Assembly (NCBI GenBank): GCA_913775595.1
Contig: CAJYLB010000001.1
Coordinates: 682,001-746,000, forward strand
DNA length: 64,000 nt
Origin: an uncultured Aquiluna sp.
GTDB taxonomy: Bacteria; Actinomycetota; Actinomycetes; Actinomycetales; Microbacteriaceae
Direction of reading: 5' to 3'
Part shown: positions 40,299-50,130 of the stretch, piece after piece
Numbering within the stretch: the first letter of the stretch is position 1
How the letters are laid out: every line of letters begins with the position of its first letter
The notes under the pieces: generated by a model
The model's database searches: none
What the model was told of the DNA's origin: nothing
The model's input: the letters and a program-made list of their open reading frames with translations, nothing else
Program-made: the position numbers and the translations under genes

Positions 40299-40865
40299 GT
40301 GCAGGTGTTCAGATCCCGTTCCGGCAGGGCCATAGCGATGGCGACTGCGGTAATCATGATCACCGCTTTGGGCGTGATATTCGTAAGCGAAGGAATCGCT
40401 GCAGCGCTTCTCTCGCTTCCGGCAGCCGCCTTGATAATCGCCATAGCTCTGCTTTTGTTCTGGTTTCCAAGGGTCGAAGTGAGTGACGGCGGAGTCAAGA
40501 TCGTCAACGTTTTCCGAGAGCACATGATTGGCTGGGGAGCGATTCGACTCATTGACACCCGTTGGGCTCTTGCAATCACCACTGACAAGGGCAAAATTAC
40601 TGCCTGGGGAGCGCCTGCCCCGGGGCGACACAGCAGCATCTTCGCCTCCCGCGACCAGGGCCAACATCTCCCCGAGAGCACCTACATTGCCGGAACCGTT
40701 AGACCGGGTGATTTGGTTACCAGTGATTCGGGAGCCGCTGCCGCACATATCAGAAGAATCTGGGAGCAAAACAGAGATGGCGAGGCTCAGGTGGCGAGTA
40801 AGTGGAACGTCGGCAAGGTTGTGGTGCTTGCCGTTGTCCTCATAGTTTCGGGGCTTAGTTTCTAG
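40299..40865 (+). CDS. Membrane protein with bacterial PH domain, antisense within the opp operon
   Basis: Two N-terminal TMs, PRVEVSDGGVKIVNVFREHMIGW, C-terminal TM; start may be GTG 40305. Confidence 0.75.
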   Translation: MQVFRSRSGRAIAMATAVIMITALGVIFVSEGIAAALLSLPAAALIIAIALLLFWFPRVEVSDGGVKIVNVFREHMIGWGAIRLIDTRWALAITTDKGKITAWGAPAPGRHSSIFASRDQGQHLPESTYIAGTVRPGDLVTSDSGAAAAHIRRIWEQNRDGEAQVASKWNVGKVVVLAVVLIVSGLSF

Positions 40866-40867
40866 CA

Positions 40868-41953
40868 TTAGCCCTCCCGACGCCTAGCAAGCAACTGCCT
40901 TAGCTCAGCGATGGCTCCACCGGACTTTGGAAGCCTTCTTTGACGCGGATCAAAAGCATCTCGTAATCCGTCACCGATGAAGTTGATGCAAAGTGCAATC
41001 ACAACAATGAACAAGCCCGGATACCAGAACAGCCACGGCCTGGTCCTAAATGCCTCGTTGTATTCACTAATTATCTGGCCAAGAGAAATATCAGGAGCCA
41101 CAATTCCGAAACCGAGGAAGCTCAGTGACGTCTCAATTAAGATCGCGGCAGCCATCAACAGCGTGGCATTCACCACAATTACGCCGATGGTGTTCGGCAG
41201 GATGTGCTTAAAGATGATTCTTGAGTTCTTTGCCCCAGCAACTCGAGCCGCGTCTACAAACTCTCGCTCCCTGAGGGCCAAGAACTCGGCCCTCACAAGC
41301 CTCGCAAGACCGGTCCAAGCCAGTGCACCAAGTAACAGCGCAAGACTCACAGCGTCCCCTCCGAAGTTGCGGCTCAGCACAGCACCTACAACCAAAATTG
41401 GGAGAATGATTACAACATCGGTGGCACGCATCAAAAGCGTGTCAAGCCAGCCGCGGAAGTAGCCAGCGAGAGCGCCAACAATAGTTCCGATGACAGTTGA
41501 AAGCAGCCCAACGATAAACACCACGATCAGGGACTGCTGAATACCGCGCATGACCCGGGCGAAGATGTCCTTACCGAGGGTGTCCTGACCGAACGGGTGC
41601 TGGCCGGGATCAAAGGGCCACATGGTCAGCGTGGGAGTGCCGCCAGGGTTATAGATGTCATAGTTCTCATACCAGTTCAGTGGCCACCAACCTGGAATCC
41701 TGAACCCGTCGATTGCCAGCTTGCCAGTGTTGGGGTCAGTGACCAGGTTCCCCGAGCCACCTACAACCGTTCCCACTGATGTGAAGGCAAGCAGCGTAAT
41801 CGCTCCCAAAATCACCATCGAGATAACAGCAGCCTTGTGCCTAAAGAACCGGCGTCGAACGATAGTCCCGAGTGATAGACCCTCTGTCTCGCGCTGCTCA
41901 ATGGTGATCTCGCGATTCAGCTGAGTCTCGTCAACCGGTCTCTTCTTGGCCAT
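40868..41953 (-). CDS. Peptide ABC transporter permease (OppC/DppC)
   Basis: HPFGQDTLGKD, EFVDAARVAGA EAA loop, HILPN, NFIGDGLRDAFDPR. Confidence 0.93.
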   Translation of the reverse strand: MAKKRPVDETQLNREITIEQRETEGLSLGTIVRRRFFRHKAAVISMVILGAITLLAFTSVGTVVGGSGNLVTDPNTGKLAIDGFRIPGWWPLNWYENYDIYNPGGTPTLTMWPFDPGQHPFGQDTLGKDIFARVMRGIQQSLIVVFIVGLLSTVIGTIVGALAGYFRGWLDTLLMRATDVVIILPILVVGAVLSRNFGGDAVSLALLLGALAWTGLARLVRAEFLALREREFVDAARVAGAKNSRIIFKHILPNTIGVIVVNATLLMAAAILIETSLSFLGFGIVAPDISLGQIISEYNEAFRTRPWLFWYPGLFIVVIALCINFIGDGLRDAFDPRQRRLPKSGGAIAELRQLLARRREG

Positions 41954-43497
41954 TAGCTAATCCTGATTCTCGGGTCGAGGGCTGAATATAGAAGGTCAGC
42001 AATCACGTTACCGATTACCGCCATAAGCCCAACGATCATGACGTAGCCCATGACAAGGTTCACATCAACTGCATTCAAGCCTCGTATAAACAGCGCACCC
42101 ATACCCGCCCAAGCAAAGACCTGTTCGGTAATGACGGCGCCACCGATCAATGCTGTGATGTCCACGGGCACGATGGTCGCAATTGGAAGTAGGGCATTGC
42201 GCATGGCGTGACGAACCACAACCGTGCGCTCGTTGAGGCCCTTAGCCCTAGCGGTTCGCACGTAATCCTGGTTCATCACATCAAGAAGCGAGGCCCTCGA
42301 GTAACGGGTGTAGCCGGCAACGGAAATAATCAACAGCGCGGCCGTAGGAAGAATCAGATGAGCGTAAGAGTCGATGAGGCTTAGCCACATGTTCTCCTGA
42401 CGCTTGATGGCAGGAGTAACCGCACCAATGGTCGAGATGTAGCCATTGTTTAGAGGGATAAGGCTTAGGTATTCAGACCAGTACTGCAGGGCCTCGTCGA
42501 TTGCCATAATCACACCTGCAAGGGCCCCGGTGACACCTGCCGCGCGAGCAATCTCCTTGCGGCCATCTCCTCCGAATAGCAGTGCCAACAAAACTCCAAG
42601 CGCCGCCATTATTAGGACAATAAGCAAGATTCCCAGCGGGCCCTGGACATAGAAGAAGAGGTACTGGCCAGGGAGCCACATCGCACCAGCAACCAAAGCC
42701 ATTCCCAGGACAATGATCAGCCCACGACGTTGATTGAAGCCAATTGACAACACCAGTACAACGCTCGCAACAAGCAGGGTCATCATGATGATGCCTGGAA
42801 CGCCTAGCGCTGGGTACTTGAGCCACTGGGTGACGTTGAGGAAAATCATCACAACGACAGACAGAACCACTCCCCCGATAAAGCTTTGTACGCGCGATCT
42901 GAGTCCACCGCCCACGATCCCACTCACGGCAATACCGAGAAGCAGCGCAATTACCGTCATGGCCCCAGGGGGAATGTATGGCTCCTCCAAGAACCTATTG
43001 AACTGAATGGCTCCAAACTCCTTGAGCAGAACGGCAACCCAGAAGATTGGAAGCGAGTAAAAAATGAATGCAAAGAATGTGACGGTGTAGTCGTAGCCGG
43101 AGTACTGCCTTAGAGCAGTGGTCATACCAATTGCAACACCGATGATGATCGAAAGAATCGTGGCCAGCGTGATTAGCTGAACCGTCGAGGCAATTGCTCC
43201 CGAGAGGGCCTCAGTGACTGGGATCTCGCCACGAGATATGGAAATACCTAAGTCGCACTGGCCTATTAGGCAACCCGCCGCGCCACCAAGCCAGTAGAAG
43301 TAGCGAATAAATGGTGGAATATCGAGCTGAAGAATCTCGGTGAGGTATTGAATCTTGAATTGAATGTCGGGATCCCGCGAGCCTCTGAGCTCAAGCAATG
43401 GATCTCCAGATATGGCAGTCAGCTGGTAAACAATGAACGAAGCGACAAGCAACACCATCAAGGTTGCCGCAGCCCTGCGCACAATGAAACTCAGCAT
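41953..43497 (-). CDS. Peptide ABC transporter permease (OppB/DppB) with extra TM insert
   Basis: DYVRTARAKGL, HAMRNALLP, ITEQVFAWAGMG, DLLYSALDPRI; 514 aa. Confidence 0.92.
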   Translation of the reverse strand: MLSFIVRRAAATLMVLLVASFIVYQLTAISGDPLLELRGSRDPDIQFKIQYLTEILQLDIPPFIRYFYWLGGAAGCLIGQCDLGISISRGEIPVTEALSGAIASTVQLITLATILSIIIGVAIGMTTALRQYSGYDYTVTFFAFIFYSLPIFWVAVLLKEFGAIQFNRFLEEPYIPPGAMTVIALLLGIAVSGIVGGGLRSRVQSFIGGVVLSVVVMIFLNVTQWLKYPALGVPGIIMMTLLVASVVLVLSIGFNQRRGLIIVLGMALVAGAMWLPGQYLFFYVQGPLGILLIVLIMAALGVLLALLFGGDGRKEIARAAGVTGALAGVIMAIDEALQYWSEYLSLIPLNNGYISTIGAVTPAIKRQENMWLSLIDSYAHLILPTAALLIISVAGYTRYSRASLLDVMNQDYVRTARAKGLNERTVVVRHAMRNALLPIATIVPVDITALIGGAVITEQVFAWAGMGALFIRGLNAVDVNLVMGYVMIVGLMAVIGNVIADLLYSALDPRIRIS

Positions 43498-43519
43498 CTT
43501 TGCCCTTTATCCACAGCAG

Positions 43520-43560
43520 AGTACGGGGGCCACCACCGGAATGGTGATGACCCCCGGACT
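43520..43560 (-). other. Intercistronic stem-loop between oppA and oppB (mRNA stabiliser or attenuator)
   Basis: Minus strand CGGGGGTCATCACC-attcc-GGTGGTGGCCCCCG; no U-tract. Confidence 0.7.
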
Positions 43561-43574
43561 GCTAGCTAACTAGA

Positions 43575-45392
43575 TTAGCCCGCGGTTGGGGTCCAATCCC
43601 AGAAGTTCCAGAAGTAGTAAGGAACTAGCAGGGATGGGTCCACGCCCGTGACTGAGTTGTCCCACCAGGTCAGACCCGGGAACTGGAAGATAGTGATGTT
43701 GTACGCGTCCTTAGCGAGGTTTTCCTCAATTGCCAGACGGATACGCAACTGGTCTTCCTTGTTCACGGCTACGTTGAGCTCTTCTAGAAGAGCGTCAACC
43801 TCTGGGTTGTCGTAACCGGTCCAGTTGGATGGTCCACCCAAGGTCAGGTACTGGTCGTCACCGGACACTGCCAGTGAGGTTGCAGCCCAAGCAAAGATGG
43901 TTGCATCGTGTGGGTTTACCTCTGGGTATACCTTGCCGGTGAACTCCCAGTTTGGCTCGTCGTCCTGGATGACGTTGAAGCCTACCGAGTCAGCCGAGGT
44001 CTTGATGAGCTCGAACTCGTTGGTACGACGAACGTTTCCAGTTGGGAACCAGAACTTCACATCGATAGGAGTGGACACGCCAGCCTCTGCAAGCAGCTGC
44101 TTTGCCATCTCGCGGTTCTCGTCATCGGTGCCGAGGTACATCGAGTAGTAGCTCTCCGCGGTGTCATAGCCCTCAGAACCAGGAACGAACAGTACCGAGG
44201 TACGGAGCTTCGCGGTTGGGTTCAGTGGCTTGATGATCTTCTCGATGATCTCGTTACGTGGTACCGAGAGCAGGAATGCCTGACGAACCTTCAGAGCGGT
44301 CTCCTCGTCGCCACCGTAGCTGGCAGGGTCGAATGGACCACCGTTGTTCTGGGACAGGTCAACGTGCTCGTATGCAGCCTCTTCAGAAGATGCGTAGCTT
44401 GCGTTGGCTAGACCCTGAACGAGCTGCAGCACGTCAGCGGTTGGCTGGCCGGATGCAATCTGAACCTCACCGTTGTCAACAGCCTGGATAGCGGCGGTTG
44501 AGTCAGCGATCTGACGGATGGTGATGCGCTCGTACTTTGGCTTTGGACCCCAGTTGTAGAGCGGGTTCACAACGTGGGTTGAGTACTGCTCCTCCACGAG
44601 CTCCTCAAGGACGTATGGTCCAGATGAGAGGTAGACAAGTGGGTTGTCAGGGGTGTTAGGGAACTGGTAACCGTTGTTCCAGACATCAGCAACGGCTGCA
44701 ACGAACTCGTCGTCACCGTTGTAAACGGCGTCGATCAGAGCCTGCTTAGCAGCGGCTGGGTCGGTGATGTCGGAATGGGCCATCATTACAGTTCCGTGGG
44801 CTGCAACGCCAACGCCAAACTGTAGCTCCCAGTCAACGTACTGAACGTCGTACTCGAAGGTGATGGAGTTTCCGTCAATCTCCGGAAGCTTTGATGCGAG
44901 GGTGTCCTTTGGTGCAGCGTGCGAGAACATGTAGCTGCCATCTTCGTTCTTGTAGTAACCGAAGGTGGAGATCCATGCAAGCAGCATGTCGGCGCCGTCA
45001 ATCTGGGTGCCATCTGACCAAACAACACCGTCATTGATGGTGTACTTCACGGTCAGTGGGTCTTCAACCACAATCTCGTATGTACCAAAATCGGTGTTCT
45101 GAACCAGTGCGGGATCGTTGTTGTAGTAGCTGAAGCCCGAGCCGGTTAGGTAGGCGGTTAGCGAGTTGGCAACGTTGTTACCAGCTGCAGTTGAACCGTT
45201 GAAGTGATCAACGATGTCGTTCCAACCTACGGTGATTTGTGGAGCGAGGTCCTCGTACCACTCAAGAGTGGTCTCAGGGTCGCTCGTTGCGCTCTGGGTT
45301 GGGGTTAGCTCCTCAGGCGCAGCACATCCAGAGATGGTTAACGCGAAAGCAGCAGCACCCGCAACAAGAGCGGATCCGCGGAATTTCTTCAT
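43575..45392 (-). CDS. Peptide ABC transporter substrate-binding lipoprotein (family 5)
   Basis: Lipobox LTISGC, VWSDGTQIDGADM, SSGPY; AAGGAG SD; strongly acidic. Confidence 0.9.
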   Translation of the reverse strand: MKKFRGSALVAGAAAFALTISGCAAPEELTPTQSATSDPETTLEWYEDLAPQITVGWNDIVDHFNGSTAAGNNVANSLTAYLTGSGFSYYNNDPALVQNTDFGTYEIVVEDPLTVKYTINDGVVWSDGTQIDGADMLLAWISTFGYYKNEDGSYMFSHAAPKDTLASKLPEIDGNSITFEYDVQYVDWELQFGVGVAAHGTVMMAHSDITDPAAAKQALIDAVYNGDDEFVAAVADVWNNGYQFPNTPDNPLVYLSSGPYVLEELVEEQYSTHVVNPLYNWGPKPKYERITIRQIADSTAAIQAVDNGEVQIASGQPTADVLQLVQGLANASYASSEEAAYEHVDLSQNNGGPFDPASYGGDEETALKVRQAFLLSVPRNEIIEKIIKPLNPTAKLRTSVLFVPGSEGYDTAESYYSMYLGTDDENREMAKQLLAEAGVSTPIDVKFWFPTGNVRRTNEFELIKTSADSVGFNVIQDDEPNWEFTGKVYPEVNPHDATIFAWAATSLAVSGDDQYLTLGGPSNWTGYDNPEVDALLEELNVAVNKEDQLRIRLAIEENLAKDAYNITIFQFPGLTWWDNSVTGVDPSLLVPYYFWNFWDWTPTAG

Positions 45393-45485
45393 GTTTCTCC
45401 TTGACTATTGGAGTCGCACGCGGAGCTAGCCCCGCGCAGACGGGCTTAACTCTAGATTGAACTTTTGGTAAATAAAATTTGCTGA

Positions 45486-45511
45486 GTTTCGGTTTTGTAA
45501 CACTTTGTTTC
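45486..45511 (-). promoter_or_regulatory. GlnR/MtrA-type box upstream of oppA
   Basis: Minus strand GAAAC-N5-GTTAC-aaaacc-GAAAC; matches gTnAc-n6-GaAAc. Confidence 0.55.
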
Positions 45512-45576
45512 ATTATGTTCGTTTGAAGCTAAACAGCGGTCTGAAAGCTGGGCTGTTTCGGCTCTAGTATTTGCGA

Positions 45577-46413
45577 GTGCGAAGCGATTTTGCAGCCTTG
45601 GCTGCCGTTGTCATGTGGGCATCGCTCGCCACACTTGCTTCAATCCTGAGTCACATTCCCCCACTGCTGCTTACGGGGCTGGGGCTACTAGTCGGTTCAG
45701 CAATCTCGCTCCCGCTCTCGGGATTGAACCTCAAAAAAATCTGGCCAGAGCCCAAGGTCTTGCTACTTGGGGTCTATGGACTCTTTGGCTACCACGCAGC
45801 CCTGTTTGCAGGCCTACAAAATGCGCCAGAGGTCCAGGCAAACCTTGTCAACTACCTTTGGCCACTGCTGATAGTCATCTTGGCGCCGCTGATTGTGAAG
45901 GGCACAACACTGCGGCCTCGGCACATCATTGCAGCAGTCACGGGATTTGCCGGTGCTGCCATGGCAATTGTCTCCGGGAACCAGCTGACCGAAGGTTTCG
46001 AGATTGGCTACGTATTTGCCCTGCTCGCAGCCCTAATTTGGTCGACCTACTCTCTGGGCATAAGGGCAGTCGGAAGCTTTGATGTGTCGGCTGTCGGTGC
46101 CTTTGGCCTGGTCGCAGGTGCGCTGGCGATAGGCGCCCATTTGCTCTTTGAATCTCGAGTAGAACTCACCACATCAGACCTCGTGCCACTAGCACTCTTA
46201 GGGCTTGGAGCTCTTGGAGCATCGTTTTATTTCTGGGCATATGCTCTACAAAATGGCGAACCTCAGAGGATCGGGCTAATTGCATTTCTGACTCCAGTGC
46301 TCTCAACGGTGATGCTGATTCTCTGGACGGGAAGTGCGCTCTCTCCACTACTCCTGCTCTCAGCAACTCTGATCTTTGTTGCGGCTTGGTTTGGCGGTAG
46401 GGGCGATAATTAG
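45577..46413 (+). CDS. EamA/DMT family transporter
   Basis: About 10 TMs, ANLVNYLWPLLIV, LTPVLST; TAGTAT -10 lies 6 nt before GTG 45577. Confidence 0.88.
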   Translation: MRSDFAALAAVVMWASLATLASILSHIPPLLLTGLGLLVGSAISLPLSGLNLKKIWPEPKVLLLGVYGLFGYHAALFAGLQNAPEVQANLVNYLWPLLIVILAPLIVKGTTLRPRHIIAAVTGFAGAAMAIVSGNQLTEGFEIGYVFALLAALIWSTYSLGIRAVGSFDVSAVGAFGLVAGALAIGAHLLFESRVELTTSDLVPLALLGLGALGASFYFWAYALQNGEPQRIGLIAFLTPVLSTVMLILWTGSALSPLLLLSATLIFVAAWFGGRGDN

Positions 46414-46417
46414 CGGG

Positions 46418-47605
46418 GTGAGTGGCGAACGGTTTCGAAAGCGTGGCCTTGCCGCACCCGTTTACCTGCCATCACTACTGATAACGGCCGCCGAGGGCGC
46501 TCTGCTTCCCATCCTTCCCGTCACTGCGGTTGGCTACGGCTATTCACTGGCCGAAGCAGCGGTTGTCACTACGGTGCTGATGGTAGGAACCATGGTCTTT
46601 GAGATACCTGCGTCCTGGATAACCACCCGAATTGGCGAGCGCCGCTCGATGCTATTGGGGACTGCCCTGGGCGCGCTCAGCACGCTACTTGCTTTTTTGC
46701 ACCTTGGCTACTTCAGCCTGATTATCGCCGCTCTTGGGTTTGGTGCCGCTCACTCGCTCTTTGGCCTCGCACGGCACTCACTATTGGCGGAGCTTGTTCC
46801 GCCAGAGCATCGCCCGAAGTCAATGTCACTGCTCGGTGGCATGTTTCGTGGTGGCATGGCAATCGGTCCTGTTATTGGAAGCGCGTTCATCGCTCTCTAC
46901 GGCGTTGAGTTTGGATATCTGGCAGCGGGTGTCATGTGCCTAGCGGCTGGAGCCGCGGTGTTCTCAGTGCCGACAACCCGGCTTAGCACCACTCCATCAG
47001 GCCAAGCAGGAAATGTTTGGGTGGTCGCAAAGCGCGAAGCACCCAAGCTTCTAACCCTCGGAACCGCATCGGCCATAATTAGCGCCGGCAGAACCATAAG
47101 ACTCATTGGACTTCCGCTGCTGGCAATCCAACTTCAAATAGACCCCGCAGAGACCTCATTCATTTTTGGCATTACCGGGTTCATTGACTTTTCGCTCTTC
47201 TACCTATCCGGCATCATCATGTCCCGCTATGGGAAGTTTTGGTCTTCAGTGCCAACATTGTTAGCGCTGGGTGCGACCTACCTCTTCTCCTTCATGGTCA
47301 CCGACGTCGCCACATTCTGGATAATGGCGTCGGTAACTGCGCTGGCAAATGCGGTCTCAGCAGGGATCAACATGATTCTTGGAGCCGATCTCGCGCCCCC
47401 TGGCGCAAGGAGCGAGTTCCTAGCCTCATTCCGCATGCTCACATCTGGTGGGGTAGCAATCGCGCCAGCAATGATCTCTGTCCTAACAGCGGGTATCGGT
47501 CTTGCTGGGGCCCTGGCCGCCACAGGCCTTCTGAACTTTGTTGGTGCTTTCTTATTTTGGCGGTACCTGCCCATTTACGCCCCTGATCAGAAATCGAAAA
47601 CTTAG
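46418..47605 (+). CDS. MFS transporter
   Basis: About 12 TMs, RIGERR motif A-like, LGGMFRGGMAIGP. Confidence 0.85.
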   Translation: MSGERFRKRGLAAPVYLPSLLITAAEGALLPILPVTAVGYGYSLAEAAVVTTVLMVGTMVFEIPASWITTRIGERRSMLLGTALGALSTLLAFLHLGYFSLIIAALGFGAAHSLFGLARHSLLAELVPPEHRPKSMSLLGGMFRGGMAIGPVIGSAFIALYGVEFGYLAAGVMCLAAGAAVFSVPTTRLSTTPSGQAGNVWVVAKREAPKLLTLGTASAIISAGRTIRLIGLPLLAIQLQIDPAETSFIFGITGFIDFSLFYLSGIIMSRYGKFWSSVPTLLALGATYLFSFMVTDVATFWIMASVTALANAVSAGINMILGADLAPPGARSEFLASFRMLTSGGVAIAPAMISVLTAGIGLAGALAATGLLNFVGAFLFWRYLPIYAPDQKSKT

Positions 47606-47985
47606 GGAACGACAAAACTTTGGGCCCTGGAGCTCTTACAAATTAGATAACTGTCCAGTCCAAAGAGAACATCTCGATACCGGGCGCATAATCTCAGCTC
47701 ACTTATCTCGCCCACAGCGGTAACGTCTGCCACCTCAATTTTCAAACTCTTGGCCGAGGGGGCAACTCTCAAAAACTCCTGCAACTCTCTTCTCAGGTCA
47801 GTCAGGTTAGGAATACCTGCGGTCACGGACCTGTCGTGAGCATAAAGGACGGCAAAATCTGCTACCCCTTGGACTCGATGGCTAGCGATTATCCCGGCCC
47901 CCACCGCAATAGCTCCAAAGGACGCCAGCAGAATCAGCGCTAGATACCCTGCAATTAGGGGAGCTATCGAACCGCGTTCGTTCAA
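47602..47985 (-). CDS. TadG-like pseudopilin
   Basis: TTG start MNERG|SIAPLIAG hydrophobic helix, VQGVADFAVL; last gene of tad cluster. Confidence 0.7.
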   Translation of the reverse strand: MNERGSIAPLIAGYLALILLASFGAIAVGAGIIASHRVQGVADFAVLYAHDRSVTAGIPNLTDLRRELQEFLRVAPSAKSLKIEVADVTAVGEISELRLCARYRDVLFGLDSYLICKSSRAQSFVVP

Positions 47986-48323
47986 TTTGGCTCCAAGCCC
48001 GCAGCCTGCAGGGCGGCGGCACTCCCCACGACCACCTCCAATGCCGCAAGTCCCCCGGGTTCGCATGCACCGCAGCTGAACCGATGCTGGGCATCTTTAT
48101 CCCAGCCAGCCGACAGCTGATCTACGGAGGCCTCGATTGCGCCTGAAATATCTGACGCTCCCCCTGCCTCCAGGATGCCGCTTCGAAGGGCATGCCTTGC
48201 GATGGACTCTGCTGCCATGGCATCAGAAAGGTGTGCAAATAGCATCAGCACTGGCCCAATTGGCACCAGCAAGATGGCTAACAGCGCAACAGTTTCAATT
48301 GGTGATGAGCCACGGGTATTCAT
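47982..48323 (-). CDS. TadE-like pseudopilin
   Basis: MNTRG|SSPIE class III signal with Glu at +5. Confidence 0.7.
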   Translation of the reverse strand: MNTRGSSPIETVALLAILLVPIGPVLMLFAHLSDAMAAESIARHALRSGILEAGGASDISGAIEASVDQLSAGWDKDAQHRFSCGACEPGGLAALEVVVGSAAALQAAGLEPN

Positions 48324-48676
48324 TAGCCGAGTGCCTCCCTGGCACCAAGCACGACCGCCTGCTGACTCGTTCCTCCCAACATTCCAAGACCGGGGAGCTG
48401 AGCACTTGCTTTGAGAAAGAGGAATCTTCCGCTAGAACCTTGCTCAACATCAAAACTCGCAAGATGAGGAAGATTGGTTTCAAGAAGTCTCATGAGATAA
48501 GGCTGCTGGCTAGGTGCCTCGCTCAGCACGGCCTTGGATGCCGCCTCAACAACTGCATTCCTGATCAGGAGTGTGTTGTGAGCACTGAGGATCAGTGCCA
48601 AAACACTAAGGGTTATCAGGGTTGCCAGAGTGATGTTCGCAACTGCAGCAACGACTGCGCTGCCCCTGTCATTCAA
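48323..48676 (-). CDS. TadE-like pseudopilin
   Basis: MNDRG|SAVVA plus hydrophobic helix; TTGA overlap with the pilin stop. Confidence 0.65.
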   Translation of the reverse strand: MNDRGSAVVAAVANITLATLITLSVLALILSAHNTLLIRNAVVEAASKAVLSEAPSQQPYLMRLLETNLPHLASFDVEQGSSGRFLFLKASAQLPGLGMLGGTSQQAVVLGAREALG

Positions 48677-48828
48677 AATGACACCACTCGATCCATGGCC
48701 TCATCAAAAACCCCTTGCAGGGCCGGCGCGGCAAATGCCCAGATAACTACAACTAGTCCCGCAGTCATGAGGGTTATCAACACCCAGCCTGGAACATCAC
48801 CCTTATCACTTTGCAAAATAGTCCTCAC
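48673..48828 (-). CDS. Flp-like major pilin, 51 aa (absent from ORF track)
   Basis: AAAGGAG SD then GTG: MRTILQSDKG|DVPGWVLITLMTAGLVVVIWAFAAPALQGVFDEAMDRVVSF; sits between tadC and tadE. Confidence 0.8.
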   Translation of the reverse strand: MRTILQSDKGDVPGWVLITLMTAGLVVVIWAFAAPALQGVFDEAMDRVVSF

Positions 48829-48839
48829 AATTACTCCTT

Positions 48840-49379
48840 TCAGATTCCCGAGCCCAGCAGGCTCATTGATGGATAGATAGCGAAAAGCACCGTCACGGGC
48901 AGTATCAGAAAGATGGTTGGAATCAGCATCTTGGTCTCGCTTGACCCGGCTTTAGCGAGGAGGTTCGCTGCTAACTCCGCTCGAGCCGTCTCGACCAAGC
49001 TCTCCAGAGAATCTGCCAGGGGCGTACCCCGGTCCATGGACAGCTTGAGATTTTGAACCAATTCCAAAAGCAATCGGTCGGGGCACTCCGACGCCCAGCT
49101 CTCAATAAGCTCTCCCAAATCGGCGCCGAGGTCTAAATCAGCCGTAATCTGTGACAACTTTTGGCCCAGTGGCGGCGCACATCGAGATGACAGCCAAGCT
49201 ATTGCAACCGCTGGCGGCACGCTGTTTCTAGCCAGCAGGGCCATCATGCGGACCAGGTCAATCAGCTGAAAATCGACTCGGGAACGAGAGCGCCTCGGCC
49301 TAACAAAAAGTCTCAAAAACCTGAAACTCGGGTTATTGGGCCTTGAGACATGTTGAGCCAGCAGCCTCTCAGCCAACAT
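48840..49379 (-). CDS. tadC: TadC-like (T2SSF domain) pilus platform protein
   Basis: MDRGTPLADSL, KMLIPTIFLILPVTVLFAIYP; start uncertain. Confidence 0.8.
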   Translation of the reverse strand: MLAERLLAQHVSRPNNPSFRFLRLFVRPRRSRSRVDFQLIDLVRMMALLARNSVPPAVAIAWLSSRCAPPLGQKLSQITADLDLGADLGELIESWASECPDRLLLELVQNLKLSMDRGTPLADSLESLVETARAELAANLLAKAGSSETKMLIPTIFLILPVTVLFAIYPSMSLLGSGI

Positions 49380-50130
49380 TGAAGACCCTCTCCGGAAGCC
49401 TAATTCGGCCCAGCACGTTGGTGAGGAAGTAGGCAAAAAGACTCAACAGAAGCCCCATGACCAGGACCAGCGACCCTTGGTAGGTGGAGAAGGCCATGCG
49501 GTTCTGCTCCAGATTCAAAAGCAGTAGGCAGATTAGCCAGGGTGCTAGCAGGGCGATCTTTGCGCTTCCGAGAACCCAACCTTGCTTGGCTCTAACTTGC
49601 GCAATGACAGCCTGCTCCTGCCTCATATCCCTTGCTGCTTGCTCCCAATTGTCTGCCTCTCCCCTGCCGCCGACCTCTTCAACCAGCAACAGAACTATGG
49701 CTAGGAAGTCAGCACTACGGCTCCCTATCCGATTCTTGAAATGCCCAAGAGCCAACTCGGTATCATCGCCACGCTCAATCTCTTTCAAGAGCAAACCAAA
49801 CTGCTCGCGAAGCTCCTCTGGACCCTCCAGAGCTAAATACTCGAGTTGTTCTCCAATTGGCATGCCTGACTGAGCACCGGAGCGAAGAGAATCGAACACC
49901 ACCGGCCAGATACTGTCCAGACGGCGCTGTCTACGGGATGCAGCAGCCCTGAGAACCTCCAACCAAACCACCATGCTCATAACCGTGAGGCACAGAGCTA
50001 GCCCAGGTATTCGAGTCCCTATAAAAACCGCCGTGCCGACCAAAAGGGCCGAGCCGAGAGCAATAGTTACCAGCTCGGCAGACCTATGTGCGAGGCCTGA
50101 AGATTCAAGGAGATTTCTAATCAATTGCAC
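49369..50130 (-). CDS. tadB: TadB-like (T2SSF domain) pilus platform protein
   Basis: WPVVFDSLRSG..SG, LEGPEELR, AKQGWV..AKIALLAPW. Confidence 0.8.
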   Translation of the reverse strand: MQLIRNLLESSGLAHRSAELVTIALGSALLVGTAVFIGTRIPGLALCLTVMSMVVWLEVLRAAASRRQRRLDSIWPVVFDSLRSGAQSGMPIGEQLEYLALEGPEELREQFGLLLKEIERGDDTELALGHFKNRIGSRSADFLAIVLLLVEEVGGRGEADNWEQAARDMRQEQAVIAQVRAKQGWVLGSAKIALLAPWLICLLLLNLEQNRMAFSTYQGSLVLVMGLLLSLFAYFLTNVLGRIRLPERVFNVG

